A stretch of DNA of 38,351 nucleotides from a virus (taxonomy: Duplodnaviria > Caudoviricetes). The stretch spans positions 1 through 38,351 of the IMG/VR virus record IMGVR_UViG_3300018070_000009; one strand, 5' to 3'. Shown here piece by piece: positions 8,649 through 17,014 of the stretch. Below the pieces are notes generated by a model. That model worked only from the letters and a program-made list of their open reading frames with translations, had not been told where the DNA came from and did no database searches. Positions within the stretch are counted from its first letter, which is position 1; every line of letters begins with the position of its first letter. Both the position numbers and the translations under genes were made by a program.

Positions 8649-8825
8649 ATGACAATAAAATTTAAAATTTGGAAGGTTACGTTCAGGATTGGAACAGTTA
8701 AAAATATGATTACGATTTAGCCATCACTGAATTTATGGATTAGAAAATCGGAATATTATATTATTGAACTGCATTGGTTGAATTTATCTACAGGATTCTT
8801 ATTTAATAATCAAGAAAATGAGTAA
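8649..8825 (+). pseudogene. 58-codon small gene interrupted by an in-frame TAG (8718-8720)
   Basis: MTIKFKIWKVTFRIGTVKNMITI*PSLNLWIRKSEYYIIELHWLNLSTGFLFNNQENE; fills the gap and ends in an ATGAGTAA overlap with the next start. Confidence 0.5.
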
Positions 8826-9101
8826 ATATTATTTTAGAGACTATAATGATTATTGTTATACTATTGATTGTCATAAGGAATATATGAAAGAAAATGGTAT
8901 TACAGAAATGATTATCTACGAAGCTAAAGTTGATCGAGGAATAGGATTTTTTTTTGTAAAGATATTGGAGAGTTTGAAGAAAGTAAAAAATCATGTGGAA
9001 AACAATGTGATTCATATGATCCACGTAACAGTAAATCTGGTATATGTAAATATTATGGCTACGTTTATAATCGAGGTGACGCTATTAATATAAAACTTTA
9101 A
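8818..9101 (+). pseudogene. Cys-rich small protein split by a -1 frameshift at a T9 run (8947-8955)
   Basis: The -1 frame after GIGFFF reads CKDIGEFEESKKSCGKQCDSYDPRNSKSGICKYYGYVYNRGDAINIKL*, more protein-like than the 0-frame tail. Confidence 0.7.
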
Positions 9102-9166
9102 TTAAAAAATTATGACAAAAGAAGAATATATTAGGTGTGAAGATATAATTATAAAAATATAATAAT

Positions 9167-9541
9167 ATGAAAAAAATACCACAAGGCTGGCAATGTCCAA
9201 TATGTAAAAAAATACATTCCCCCACAATCACTGAATGTAATTGTGAAATATTATTTCCAGAAGCAAATATATATATATCAAAGCCTATTTTTATTCCACC
9301 TACTTTTGACCAAGTAAAAACATATTGCGAAGAACGTAAAAACAATGTAGACCCTCAAAAGTGGCTAGATCATTATGAATCAAACGGGTGGAAAGTTGGT
9401 AAAGTTAAAATGATTAATTGGAAAGCTGCTGTAAGGACATGGGAAAGATCAGAATATTATGATTTAAATATTCGATCTTCTAATTCATTATCCCAACCAA
9501 AAATAACAACAAATATTCTTCCTTCATCAAAAATATTATAA
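9167..9541 (+). CDS. Zn-ribbon fused to a phage replication-initiator C-terminal-type domain
   Basis: GWQCPIC...ECNC, then PPTFDQVKTYCEER...DHYESNGWKVGK..MINWKAAVRTWE. Confidence 0.75.
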   Translation: MKKIPQGWQCPICKKIHSPTITECNCEILFPEANIYISKPIFIPPTFDQVKTYCEERKNNVDPQKWLDHYESNGWKVGKVKMINWKAAVRTWERSEYYDLNIRSSNSLSQPKITTNILPSSKIL

Positions 9542-9747
9542 TGAAAGCAGAAGTAAAAGAATTATTAAAAGAAAGAGGTACACCTGGATTATTCACTAAT
9601 GAAAGATACGATAGGATGAAATTGATTTTAAAGTACGCCACTAGTAAAGATAAGGGATTGAAATGTTTTCTTTCATTAGATGTTTATAATAGGGCTTCTT
9701 GGATAGTAGACCACTTAGTACTTTTGGTAAATAAAGGTTTAATGTAA
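9541..9747 (+). CDS. Hypothetical protein
   Basis: TAATG overlap with the upstream gene. Confidence 0.65.
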   Translation: MKAEVKELLKERGTPGLFTNERYDRMKLILKYATSKDKGLKCFLSLDVYNRASWIVDHLVLLVNKGLM

Positions 9748-9757
9748 TTTAAAATTT

Positions 9758-11200
9758 ATGAACAAAAAAGAAGATAGTAAATCTATTAGTATGGAACTTG
9801 GTGGAGGAAAAATACCTCCCCAAGCTATTGATATTGAAGAATCGTTACTTGGTGATATTATATCTAATTCAGATCTATTAGATGAAGTAATAGATTTAAA
9901 ACCACATTTTTTTTATAAAGATATACACCAAAAAATATTTAATGCTATTTTAGAACTAAATGCCAAAAATAACCCTATAGACTTATTGACAATTTGCGAA
10001 CAATTATCTAAAACTAATTTACTTGAAGATGTTGGGGGTAGGGTTGTAATAACTATGTTATTGAATAAGGGTTTAATATCTGATAATATACAATACTTAT
10101 CAAGCATTATAAAACAAAAATTTCTTCAAAGAGAATTGATAAAAAGCGGTTACGACATAGCATCTATGTCTTTTGATGACTCTGTAGATATTGATGATTT
10201 AATTTCTTTTTCAATAAATTCTATAGACCAAGCTGTTAATAATGCACTTGGTAACTTAGAAGATAATATTCCTTGGCCTGAATTATTAAAAAACACAACT
10301 AAAATGGCCGAGGATAGGGAGGCATTAAAAAAAGAAGGTAAAGTCCTTGGAATAAAAACTCCCCTTAAAAAATTAGATAAATTTACCGGTGGTTGGAAAG
10401 GTGGAGATTTAATAATTATTGGAGCTAGGCCATCTATGGGAAAAACAGCCTTAGCCATTTCAATTATGAAAGAAGATGCTAGGAATGGTGGTTGTCCTAA
10501 TTTTTACTCTTTAGAAACAACTAAAATTAAAATAACAGATAGGATTTTAGCTGGGGAGGCCGGTGTAAATTACGATAATTACACTATGGGATGTATGACT
10601 TCTGAAGAATGGCAAATGATTTCTAATGCTCAATATAGTTTATCTAAAATGAATTTTATAATAGATGATAATTACTGTATTTCTATGGATTACATTAAAT
10701 CTAAATCCAGAGCTTTAAAAAAAAAGAATAAATGTACAATGATAATAATTGATTATTTACAATTAATAAGAGAGGAGAAAACTTCTAAAAATACAAATAG
10801 GGAACAAGAAATATCTATCATAAGCAGGAAATGTAAATTATTATCTAAAGAATTAGAAGTACCAGTATTTGCTTTATCCCAATTATCTAGGGAAGTTGAA
10901 AAAAGAGATAATAAAACACCTCGTATGTCTGATTTACGTGAATCAGGTAGCTTAGAACAAGATGCAGATATTATTGGCCTTATCCATAGGCCAGAACAAT
11001 ATGGCATTATTGAAGATGAAAACGGAATTAGTACTAAGGGTATTGGCCAATTTATTATAGAAAAAAATAAAGAAGGTAAAGTCGGCATAATACAATTTAA
11101 GTACAATGAATCTCTCACTATAATATCTGATATAGAAGATAAACCTATTGATGTATATTATAATCCAAATGAACGTATAGAACCAAACACAGATTTTTAA
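9758..11200 (+). CDS. dnaB: Replicative DNA helicase DnaB
   Basis: PPQAIDIEESLLG, Walker A GARPSMGKT, IIDYLQL, LSQLSR and SDLRESGSLEQDAD. Confidence 0.97.
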   Translation: MNKKEDSKSISMELGGGKIPPQAIDIEESLLGDIISNSDLLDEVIDLKPHFFYKDIHQKIFNAILELNAKNNPIDLLTICEQLSKTNLLEDVGGRVVITMLLNKGLISDNIQYLSSIIKQKFLQRELIKSGYDIASMSFDDSVDIDDLISFSINSIDQAVNNALGNLEDNIPWPELLKNTTKMAEDREALKKEGKVLGIKTPLKKLDKFTGGWKGGDLIIIGARPSMGKTALAISIMKEDARNGGCPNFYSLETTKIKITDRILAGEAGVNYDNYTMGCMTSEEWQMISNAQYSLSKMNFIIDDNYCISMDYIKSKSRALKKKNKCTMIIIDYLQLIREEKTSKNTNREQEISIISRKCKLLSKELEVPVFALSQLSREVEKRDNKTPRMSDLRESGSLEQDADIIGLIHRPEQYGIIEDENGISTKGIGQFIIEKNKEGKVGIIQFKYNESLTIISDIEDKPIDVYYNPNERIEPNTDF

Positions 11201-11203
11201 ATT

Positions 11204-11788
11204 ATGAAAAAAATAACCATTTTAGTAGAATTACCTACAACTATTACAATAGCCAGTATGGGTGACTTATTTAGTATAATTACTCAATTTTCTTATTTTA
11301 AACCCCATAGTATGTTTGTTAGGATTGAAAGTAATGATATTAATCGTGAAATAAAAATTATTATTTATCATAATCCATTTAATAGTAATTTTACATTTCA
11401 AAAATTAAGTACTCATTTTATGTACTTACGAGATAATATATTTTTACTTAAACAAATAAAAAATATAGATACGAATATAGGTATAATAATAAAGCGAGAT
11501 GATGATTATAATAGGAATCCTGAGTATGTAATGAATAAAATAGAAAAATATTATAATTTACCTAAAGGGTCTTTGAATATAAACACAAATAGGCGGGAAA
11601 TAGTAGAAAAAAGACAAATAGCTCATTTTATCTCTAAACAAGCTGGCTACTCTCTTAGTAAAATAGGTGAAATAATAGGTCATAGGGATCATGCCACCGT
11701 ACTCCATAGTTGTAAAGTAATATCTAATTTAATAGAAACCAATCGTAAATTCAAAATTGAATTTGATATTTTAGATAAAAACATCTAA
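11204..11788 (+). CDS. Protein with C-terminal DnaA domain IV (Bac_DnaA_C) helix-turn-helix
   Basis: RREIVEKRQIAHF...SLSKIG..IGHRDHATVLHS matches the DnaA domain IV signature; no AAA+ motifs. Confidence 0.85.
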   Translation: MKKITILVELPTTITIASMGDLFSIITQFSYFKPHSMFVRIESNDINREIKIIIYHNPFNSNFTFQKLSTHFMYLRDNIFLLKQIKNIDTNIGIIIKRDDDYNRNPEYVMNKIEKYYNLPKGSLNINTNRREIVEKRQIAHFISKQAGYSLSKIGEIIGHRDHATVLHSCKVISNLIETNRKFKIEFDILDKNI

Positions 11789-11819
11789 ATAATAAATCAT
11801 TACCTTTACTATTAAATTA

Positions 11820-11969
11820 ATGAGTATGGAAATACGTATAGAACAGTCGTTATATCAAATTATTATTATAAATAATAAAGATATAAATATGTCTATTCTT
11901 AATATTTTTTATATATCTCGTATTAAATATAATACATATTTTTTATTTATAAATTTTAGTTTAAATTGA
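11820..11969 (+). CDS. Possible 49-aa hypothetical protein
   Basis: Open frame MSMEIRIEQSLYQ...FSLN in a very AT-rich gap; weak support. Confidence 0.3.
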   Translation: MSMEIRIEQSLYQIIIINNKDINMSILNIFYISRIKYNTYFLFINFSLN

Positions 11970-12094
11970 AAACAATAACAATACAATTTACTGAAAATAA
12001 AATGGATTTAAATTATAAACATGCTGTACAACATCGTAATTTATTTTTACTCCATAATTATTAGTGGTAATTTTAAATCATAATTAAATTAACT

Positions 12095-12313
12095 ATGAAA
12101 GTTAAAGATATAGAAGATTTTACTAATATCAAAGTTATTGATCCAAAGTCTGGTAAAGTAAGTATTTTTAAAGGTAATTGTGGAGACTTAATATTTTTAG
12201 GAACAAATAAAACACATCGCTGTACTGTTTTTCCATTTTATGTCCCTATAAAAGATTTCCAAGAATGGGAATTAGCTGACCCAAAAGACAAAGTAAATAT
12301 ACATATATTATGA
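12095..12313 (+). CDS. Hypothetical protein
   Basis: 72-aa ORF; ATGA overlap with the next small ORF. Confidence 0.7.
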   Translation: MKVKDIEDFTNIKVIDPKSGKVSIFKGNCGDLIFLGTNKTHRCTVFPFYVPIKDFQEWELADPKDKVNIHIL

Positions 12314-12474
12314 TAACTATTACCAAAAATATATGCGTATATTGTTTAAGTAAAGCCACTTCAAGTAAACAGACATCTAAATATGAAGTTGGATTATGTG
12401 ATAAACATAAATATTTATCTGATGAGGAAATTGATGATATTATTGGAGAAATTAAAACTAAAAATAAAAAATAA
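12310..12474 (+). CDS. 54-aa CxxC...CxxH zinc-finger protein (not in ORF track)
   Basis: MITITKNICVYCLSKATSSKQTSKYEVGLCDKHKYLSDEEIDDIIGEIKTKNKK; ATGA coupling and fills the gap. Confidence 0.7.
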   Translation: MITITKNICVYCLSKATSSKQTSKYEVGLCDKHKYLSDEEIDDIIGEIKTKNKK

Positions 12475-12486
12475 TGATATTTTCAA

Positions 12487-12954
12487 ATGAAGACTTGTAT
12501 TGAACCAAATTGTACTAACCTGGTATTTAGTCATGGAGTATGTAAATATCATTACCATTGGCAATCTAAAAATAATAATATAAAAACTAAACCAAGGATT
12601 AAAATTGTTAAAAATATAAGGCAAATTGAATTATTCAAACAGGTATGGAATACTAGGCCACATATATCTGAACTGAGCGGTGTTTCTCTTGAAAAATGGG
12701 AAAATACACCGTATTTTTATTGGATGTTTGCCCACGTACTGGATAAAAAAAATTATCCCTTATTTAAGACAAATGAAGAAAATATTATGCTCGTAGAGCC
12801 TTTTGATGAACATCGCTTATTAGACCAAGGTACATTTGACCAACGTACTGATTATAATGACAAATCTCAATTTAAAGCTAATTGGGATTTGTTTTTTCAA
12901 AAAAAAGAATATCTTAAAGTTAAATACCAAGAATTTTTAAATCAAATTTTATAA
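12487..12954 (+). CDS. Zn-finger plus HNH-like nuclease protein
   Basis: CIEPNC...GVCKYH, then FAHVLDK...NEENI...EH. Confidence 0.65.
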   Translation: MKTCIEPNCTNLVFSHGVCKYHYHWQSKNNNIKTKPRIKIVKNIRQIELFKQVWNTRPHISELSGVSLEKWENTPYFYWMFAHVLDKKNYPLFKTNEENIMLVEPFDEHRLLDQGTFDQRTDYNDKSQFKANWDLFFQKKEYLKVKYQEFLNQIL

Positions 12955-12955
12955 T

Positions 12956-13702
12956 ATGAATAAAAGAATTTATGGATGTTTGCCGGATAAGCATGATAAC
13001 CGGGACTTAAAGTATACAAGAAAAATAGTAGACTTACCTACCAAGGTAGATTTATCTTCCAACATGCCATCGGTATACGACCAGGAGAATATTGGATCGT
13101 GTGTGTTTAATGCTATTGCTGGTGGATTTGAATACCTTCTACCAATAGAAAAAAAAGAAAATTTTATGCCATCTAGGCTTTTTGCTTATTTTAATTATAG
13201 GGAAAAAGAAGGAAACATACAAGAAGATACAGGAGCTACTATTCGAGGAGGTTTTAAAATATGTGCAAAACTAGGTTTTTGCAAAGAAACCAATTGGCCT
13301 TATGATAAGAATTTTTTTACTACTAAACCATCTATAAAAGCTTATAATGAAGGTTTAAATCATCAAATTTTGAAATATGAAAGAATCCGCCATCTTTATG
13401 ATATGAAAGAATGTTTAGCCGAAGGTTATCCATTTGTAGCTGGAATTAAAATATATACATCTTTTGAATCCTCTACTGTAGCTAAAACTGGTATTGTGCC
13501 TATGCCTGACATTGAAAAAGAAGAATTATTTGGTGGCCATGCTGTACTAGTTGTAGGATATGATGATACAACTAGTATGGTTAAGGTTAGAAATTCATGG
13601 AGTGAAAAATGGGGAGATAAAGGGTATTTCTACTTACCGTATCATTTTATTACAGACATAAACTTAGCGTCTGATTTTTGGACTATTCGATTAACTGAAT
13701 AA
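12956..13702 (+). CDS. Papain-like cysteine peptidase (family C1A, xylellain-type)
   Basis: DQENIGSC, GGHAVLVVGY and RNSWSEKWGDKGY supply the Q/C/H/N catalytic residues. Confidence 0.95.
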   Translation: MNKRIYGCLPDKHDNRDLKYTRKIVDLPTKVDLSSNMPSVYDQENIGSCVFNAIAGGFEYLLPIEKKENFMPSRLFAYFNYREKEGNIQEDTGATIRGGFKICAKLGFCKETNWPYDKNFFTTKPSIKAYNEGLNHQILKYERIRHLYDMKECLAEGYPFVAGIKIYTSFESSTVAKTGIVPMPDIEKEELFGGHAVLVVGYDDTTSMVKVRNSWSEKWGDKGYFYLPYHFITDINLASDFWTIRLTE

Positions 13703-13717
13703 TTATAAATTAACATT

Positions 13718-13849
13718 ATGATAAAATTTATAAAAAAAATATCATTATTATTTTGCATTATAGCTATCATGGCTATGAGTTCCGATTCTTATTATACCTT
13801 TCATGGTGGAACTATACATTTAATTATAAATAATCATTTAAATTTTTAG
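13718..13849 (+). CDS. 43-aa peptide with signal-like N-terminus (not in ORF track)
   Basis: MIKFIKKISLLFCIIAIMAMSSDSYYTFHGG...; fills the gap between protease and membrane protein genes. Confidence 0.45.
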   Translation: MIKFIKKISLLFCIIAIMAMSSDSYYTFHGGTIHLIINNHLNF

Positions 13850-13853
13850 TATT

Positions 13854-14645
13854 ATGAAAAAGTACATTTATGCGTTTTTTGGAATTTTGGCTTTCTTAAG
13901 CCCTTTTTTTATTTTGTTATGTTTTGTGACTGAAATGCGGGCACAAGATTCTATCGGAGAAGTTCCTTTGAATGTTTCTGGCAGTTCATTTAAAGAATTG
14001 ATTGTGGGCAATTGGGCTGCGATTCTTACTTTTGTTCTATATGCTGTTTGGGAGTTTGCCCTTGGTGAAACTTCCAAAATCAAAGCTAATTCCACCGTAA
14101 AACTTATTTACAATTGGATAATGAGTTTTTTGAAAAAAAAAGCTGGAAAAGTAACAATTATCGCCGTCGTTTTTGGTTGTTCGGTCCTTGGGTCAAACGT
14201 AAACGCTCAAAGTCCTTTTGATGGATTTTTTAATCCAATTGCACAGAATGAAAATTTTAAAGTAAAAAAACTACAATTGGATTCAACCACAACATTAACT
14301 ACACCAGTTGCAAGCACCTCGTTTTTATTTCGCCCTTCGGTAGCCGTTACAGGTGTTCTGTTCGATCTAAAAACTAAGGAAACACAAACCCTTACCGGTG
14401 CTGGTTTTGGTATAAGTTATGGTAGTTATACCGTTACAAACGGGGTTTCTTATTGTAATTATTCTTTTAATGCGTCACTTCTTACAGCTATTAAGATAAA
14501 CGATGAAACTACGGCTAATTTTGGGGTTGCTGCTTCGGTGGATGTATTTAATAAAGTAGTAGGGCTGTTGGTAGGATATTTAGGAACTAGTGGTTTTGCC
14601 GATGGTCATATAGTGGCAGGCACTACCTTCTCATATTCATTCTAA
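13854..14645 (+). CDS. Membrane protein with two signal-peptide-like segments and a beta-rich C-terminal domain ending in Phe
   Basis: MRA|Q31, TM helix about aa 53-71, KKKAGK plus hydrophobic stretch plus VNA|Q119, alternating beta pattern ending TTFSYSF. Confidence 0.75.
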   Translation: MKKYIYAFFGILAFLSPFFILLCFVTEMRAQDSIGEVPLNVSGSSFKELIVGNWAAILTFVLYAVWEFALGETSKIKANSTVKLIYNWIMSFLKKKAGKVTIIAVVFGCSVLGSNVNAQSPFDGFFNPIAQNENFKVKKLQLDSTTTLTTPVASTSFLFRPSVAVTGVLFDLKTKETQTLTGAGFGISYGSYTVTNGVSYCNYSFNASLLTAIKINDETTANFGVAASVDVFNKVVGLLVGYLGTSGFADGHIVAGTTFSYSF

Positions 14646-14669
14646 CCCATAATAATTATTTTCACAAAT

Positions 14670-14702
14670 AAAGGGGTGTCCTATTTTAGGGTACCCCTTT
14701 TT
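14670..14702 (+). terminator. Intrinsic terminator at the convergence of the two arms, possibly bidirectional
   Basis: AAAGGGGTGTCCTA-TTT-TAGGGTACCCCTTTTT: stem with two G-U pairs and a T tract. Confidence 0.8.
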
Positions 14703-15033
14703 CTAATAAAATAGAATCAATACGTTCTTGTAGTTTTAAAAAATTTAATTCAACTTTATGCCTTATGTATACCTCATGTTTAATTTTATTCTTAAGAAGA
14801 ATAATAGAATCTTTATTAAGGTCGATGTTTGACAAATAAATACTATTAATAAATTGAATATTTTTATAATTAAGCATTTCTTTATTTAACAAGTTGTGAT
14901 AACAAATCAAACTATCTTTAACTTGTTTATACTTATATTCTAAATCAATTTTACTCCTATTAACTTTTACCAATAAAAACACTAATATAATTAGTGTAAT
15001 TATTGATAATAAATTAAATTTAGACACTTTCAT
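14686..15033 (-). CDS. Single N-terminal TM plus helical periplasmic protein (i-spanin-like)
   Basis: N-terminal hydrophobic helix and coiled-coil-like remainder; last gene of the late operon. Confidence 0.5.
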   Translation of the reverse strand: MKVSKFNLLSIITLIILVFLLVKVNRSKIDLEYKYKQVKDSLICYHNLLNKEMLNYKNIQFINSIYLSNIDLNKDSIILLKNKIKHEVYIRHKVELNFLKLQERIDSILLEKGVP

Positions 15034-15037
15034 TATA

Positions 15038-15409
15038 CTATTTCTTATTGATTAATAAGTTGTATATATTATCAATGGTAGCATGAGCCTCGGCTTGTTC
15101 GTTAGCTAACATAGATAATGTTTGATGTACCGAGTTGATTTGTACCTGTACCTTCTCTACATCTTTTAAATCAGCCTTATCTATTTCAAATTCTTTAAAT
15201 CTTTGATCTATCAAGTCTAGTTCTTTCTTTTTTATTTGACTAGTAAATTTAACATAAAATACAACTATAGATGTTAATCCCCCATATCCTAATATAAGAA
15301 TGTGTTCTTTGCTGTCCCATCCAATTTTAAGAATTATAGATGTAAGTATAATACCTATTACGCATCCAGCAAACCACGTTAAGATACTTTGCCAAAAAGA
15401 TCTTGCCAT
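15038..15409 (-). CDS. Two-TM membrane protein with coiled-coil tail (holin/antiholin-like)
   Basis: Two hydrophobic helices followed by a charged heptad region. Confidence 0.55.
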   Translation of the reverse strand: MARSFWQSILTWFAGCVIGIILTSIILKIGWDSKEHILILGYGGLTSIVVFYVKFTSQIKKKELDLIDQRFKEFEIDKADLKDVEKVQVQINSVHQTLSMLANEQAEAHATIDNIYNLLINKK

Positions 15410-15789
15410 TAAAAATATTTATTAATTATAAGACTTATGATTAACATTATTGCTATAGAAATAGCAATAATAAATCCAAAAACTTTGGAAGTACAATAGT
15501 TTACCCATTCAATATAATCTTGATTGATTAACGCTATATTATATAATATCAATTCAGATAAAAAAATAATAATAACCCAAATTATCATCTTTTGAAGAAT
15601 AGATTGTGTTATTGGTATTATTTCAATAAATATAGCTAATGGTAAAAAGAATACTAAAATAATATGATAATATGTCCTCCAAAATGTAGGACATATTATC
15701 TCTTTATCCCCAAATATCATATATATAACATACAATGCTAAATATATCATACCTGTAACAATAAACCTATTGATAACTTTTGCTATCAT
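15409..15789 (-). CDS. Four-TM membrane protein (holin-like candidate)
   Basis: Four hydrophobic segments; TAATG coupling to the next gene. Confidence 0.6.
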   Translation of the reverse strand: MIAKVINRFIVTGMIYLALYVIYMIFGDKEIICPTFWRTYYHIILVFFLPLAIFIEIIPITQSILQKMIIWVIIIFLSELILYNIALINQDYIEWVNYCTSKVFGFIIAISIAIMLIISLIINKYF

Positions 15790-15890
15790 TTTGAATACTG
15801 GCTAGGTTTAATTGGCTTAGTCTGTGCAGGAACTTTTTTAGAAGAAGATTTCTTCTTAGGCATTGGACGATCAGGATCTTGTACTGGCAT
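15786..15890 (-). CDS. 34-aa Pro/Lys-rich basic peptide (not in ORF track)
   Basis: MPVQDPDRPMPKKKSSSKKVPAQTKPIKPSQYSK; AAAATTATG start context and ATGA overlap with the 4-TM gene. Confidence 0.65.
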   Translation of the reverse strand: MPVQDPDRPMPKKKSSSKKVPAQTKPIKPSQYSK

Positions 15891-15994
15891 AATTTTAAGT
15901 TTTAAATTATTAATAAATATAGTTAATTTGATATTTTGTTCCTATGATTTCTTAATTTTTCATTATAATATATTTATTTCCTCGTTACATAATA

Positions 15995-17014
15995 TTAATT
16001 TGATATTTTATACGCTAAATGAGTAGTTCCCGTTGCTTTAGTAGTATAATAAACTAACATAATCTTACCAGTTGATAATGTTAAAAAATCAGCATAACCC
16101 CCATTACTTAATCCTGTAACATAAGCATCAACGATTTCTTGATTACTCCAAGTTAGTCCTCCATCTGTAGATTTGTGAATATTAAGACTATAACTACTAT
16201 CCGATAATAATACATGCCTTCCACAACAATATATATCTTCCCCTTGTTTTAAAAAAACAGGGTCTGCAAATGTATATAAAGTTATACTAGTCACTGGGAT
16301 CATTGTACTTAATTCATCTGTGGATTTATATATCTTTTTTAATACTGATCCACGTATGATTATATCACCTTTATTATTTCTAATTAATGCAAATTCTGAA
16401 CATGACATAAAAGTATCAACATAAGAATAATCTGCCCATGTTACCCCCAAATCTGTTGATCGCTGTATAATTATTCGGGTAGGATCAGTTGCTGAAATCA
16501 TACCCCAACATGCAACTACATGTGTATTATCAGTTAATGTAAGTATATGTGAATGAGGGCAAATATAAGCACTAGCATATATACTAGTTATTTGTACTTT
16601 AGTAGACCATGTGATTCCAAGATCATCAGAATAACAAGTATATGAATACATATCTGTTGCACCAACATAATCAGAGCAAAATGCAACAAGCCTAGTACCG
16701 ATCGCTGAAATCCATATATTCTGCCAATTAGCATTTGTTAGTCTCCTATCTGCTGTTGCAGCAATAATAATCTCACTACTCCATGTTACACCATCATCGT
16801 CCGAATATATAAGAGCTAGGTAAGCGGTTGTATCATCATCAACATGAAGTGTACCATTTTTATAAGCTACAAATAAACGAGTTCCTATTTTGCAACAGGA
16901 TGGAAATGCTATATATCTTCCTGTTTGATTTAATAAAGTCACTTCTGATGCACCTGAAAAAGTCAAACTTGATCGGGAATATGCTGCAACATTTGAAAAC
17001 TGGATTGTACTCAT
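15995..17014 (-). CDS. BNR/Asp-box beta-propeller (sialidase-fold) protein, probably tail-associated
   Basis: Asp-boxes SDDDGVTW, SDDLGITW, STDLGVTW, STDGGLTW and a degenerate STDELST; GGYAD near the C-terminus. Confidence 0.85.
   Translation of the reverse strand: MSTIQFSNVAAYSRSSLTFSGASEVTLLNQTGRYIAFPSCCKIGTRLFVAYKNGTLHVDDDTTAYLALIYSDDDGVTWSSEIIIAATADRRLTNANWQNIWISAIGTRLVAFCSDYVGATDMYSYTCYSDDLGITWSTKVQITSIYASAYICPHSHILTLTDNTHVVACWGMISATDPTRIIIQRSTDLGVTWADYSYVDTFMSCSEFALIRNNKGDIIIRGSVLKKIYKSTDELSTMIPVTSITLYTFADPVFLKQGEDIYCCGRHVLLSDSSYSLNIHKSTDGGLTWSNQEIVDAYVTGLSNGGYADFLTLSTGKIMLVYYTTKATGTTHLAYKISN

Noticed and set aside
8956-9093. 0-frame C-terminus of the ORF-track protein 8818-9093
   Set aside because: The -1 frame gives a coherent Cys-rich domain; the 0-frame tail looks like off-frame sequence
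12002-12064. 20-codon ORF MDLNYKHAVQHRNLFLLHNY
   Set aside because: Too short; readthrough meets another stop two codons later; no supporting motif
1756-14095. Short minus-strand ORFs in the left arm (e.g. 1756-1971, 9085-9345, 10150-10458, 10753-11118, 12415-12624, 13868-14095)
   Set aside because: They overlap better-supported + strand genes and have no independent features
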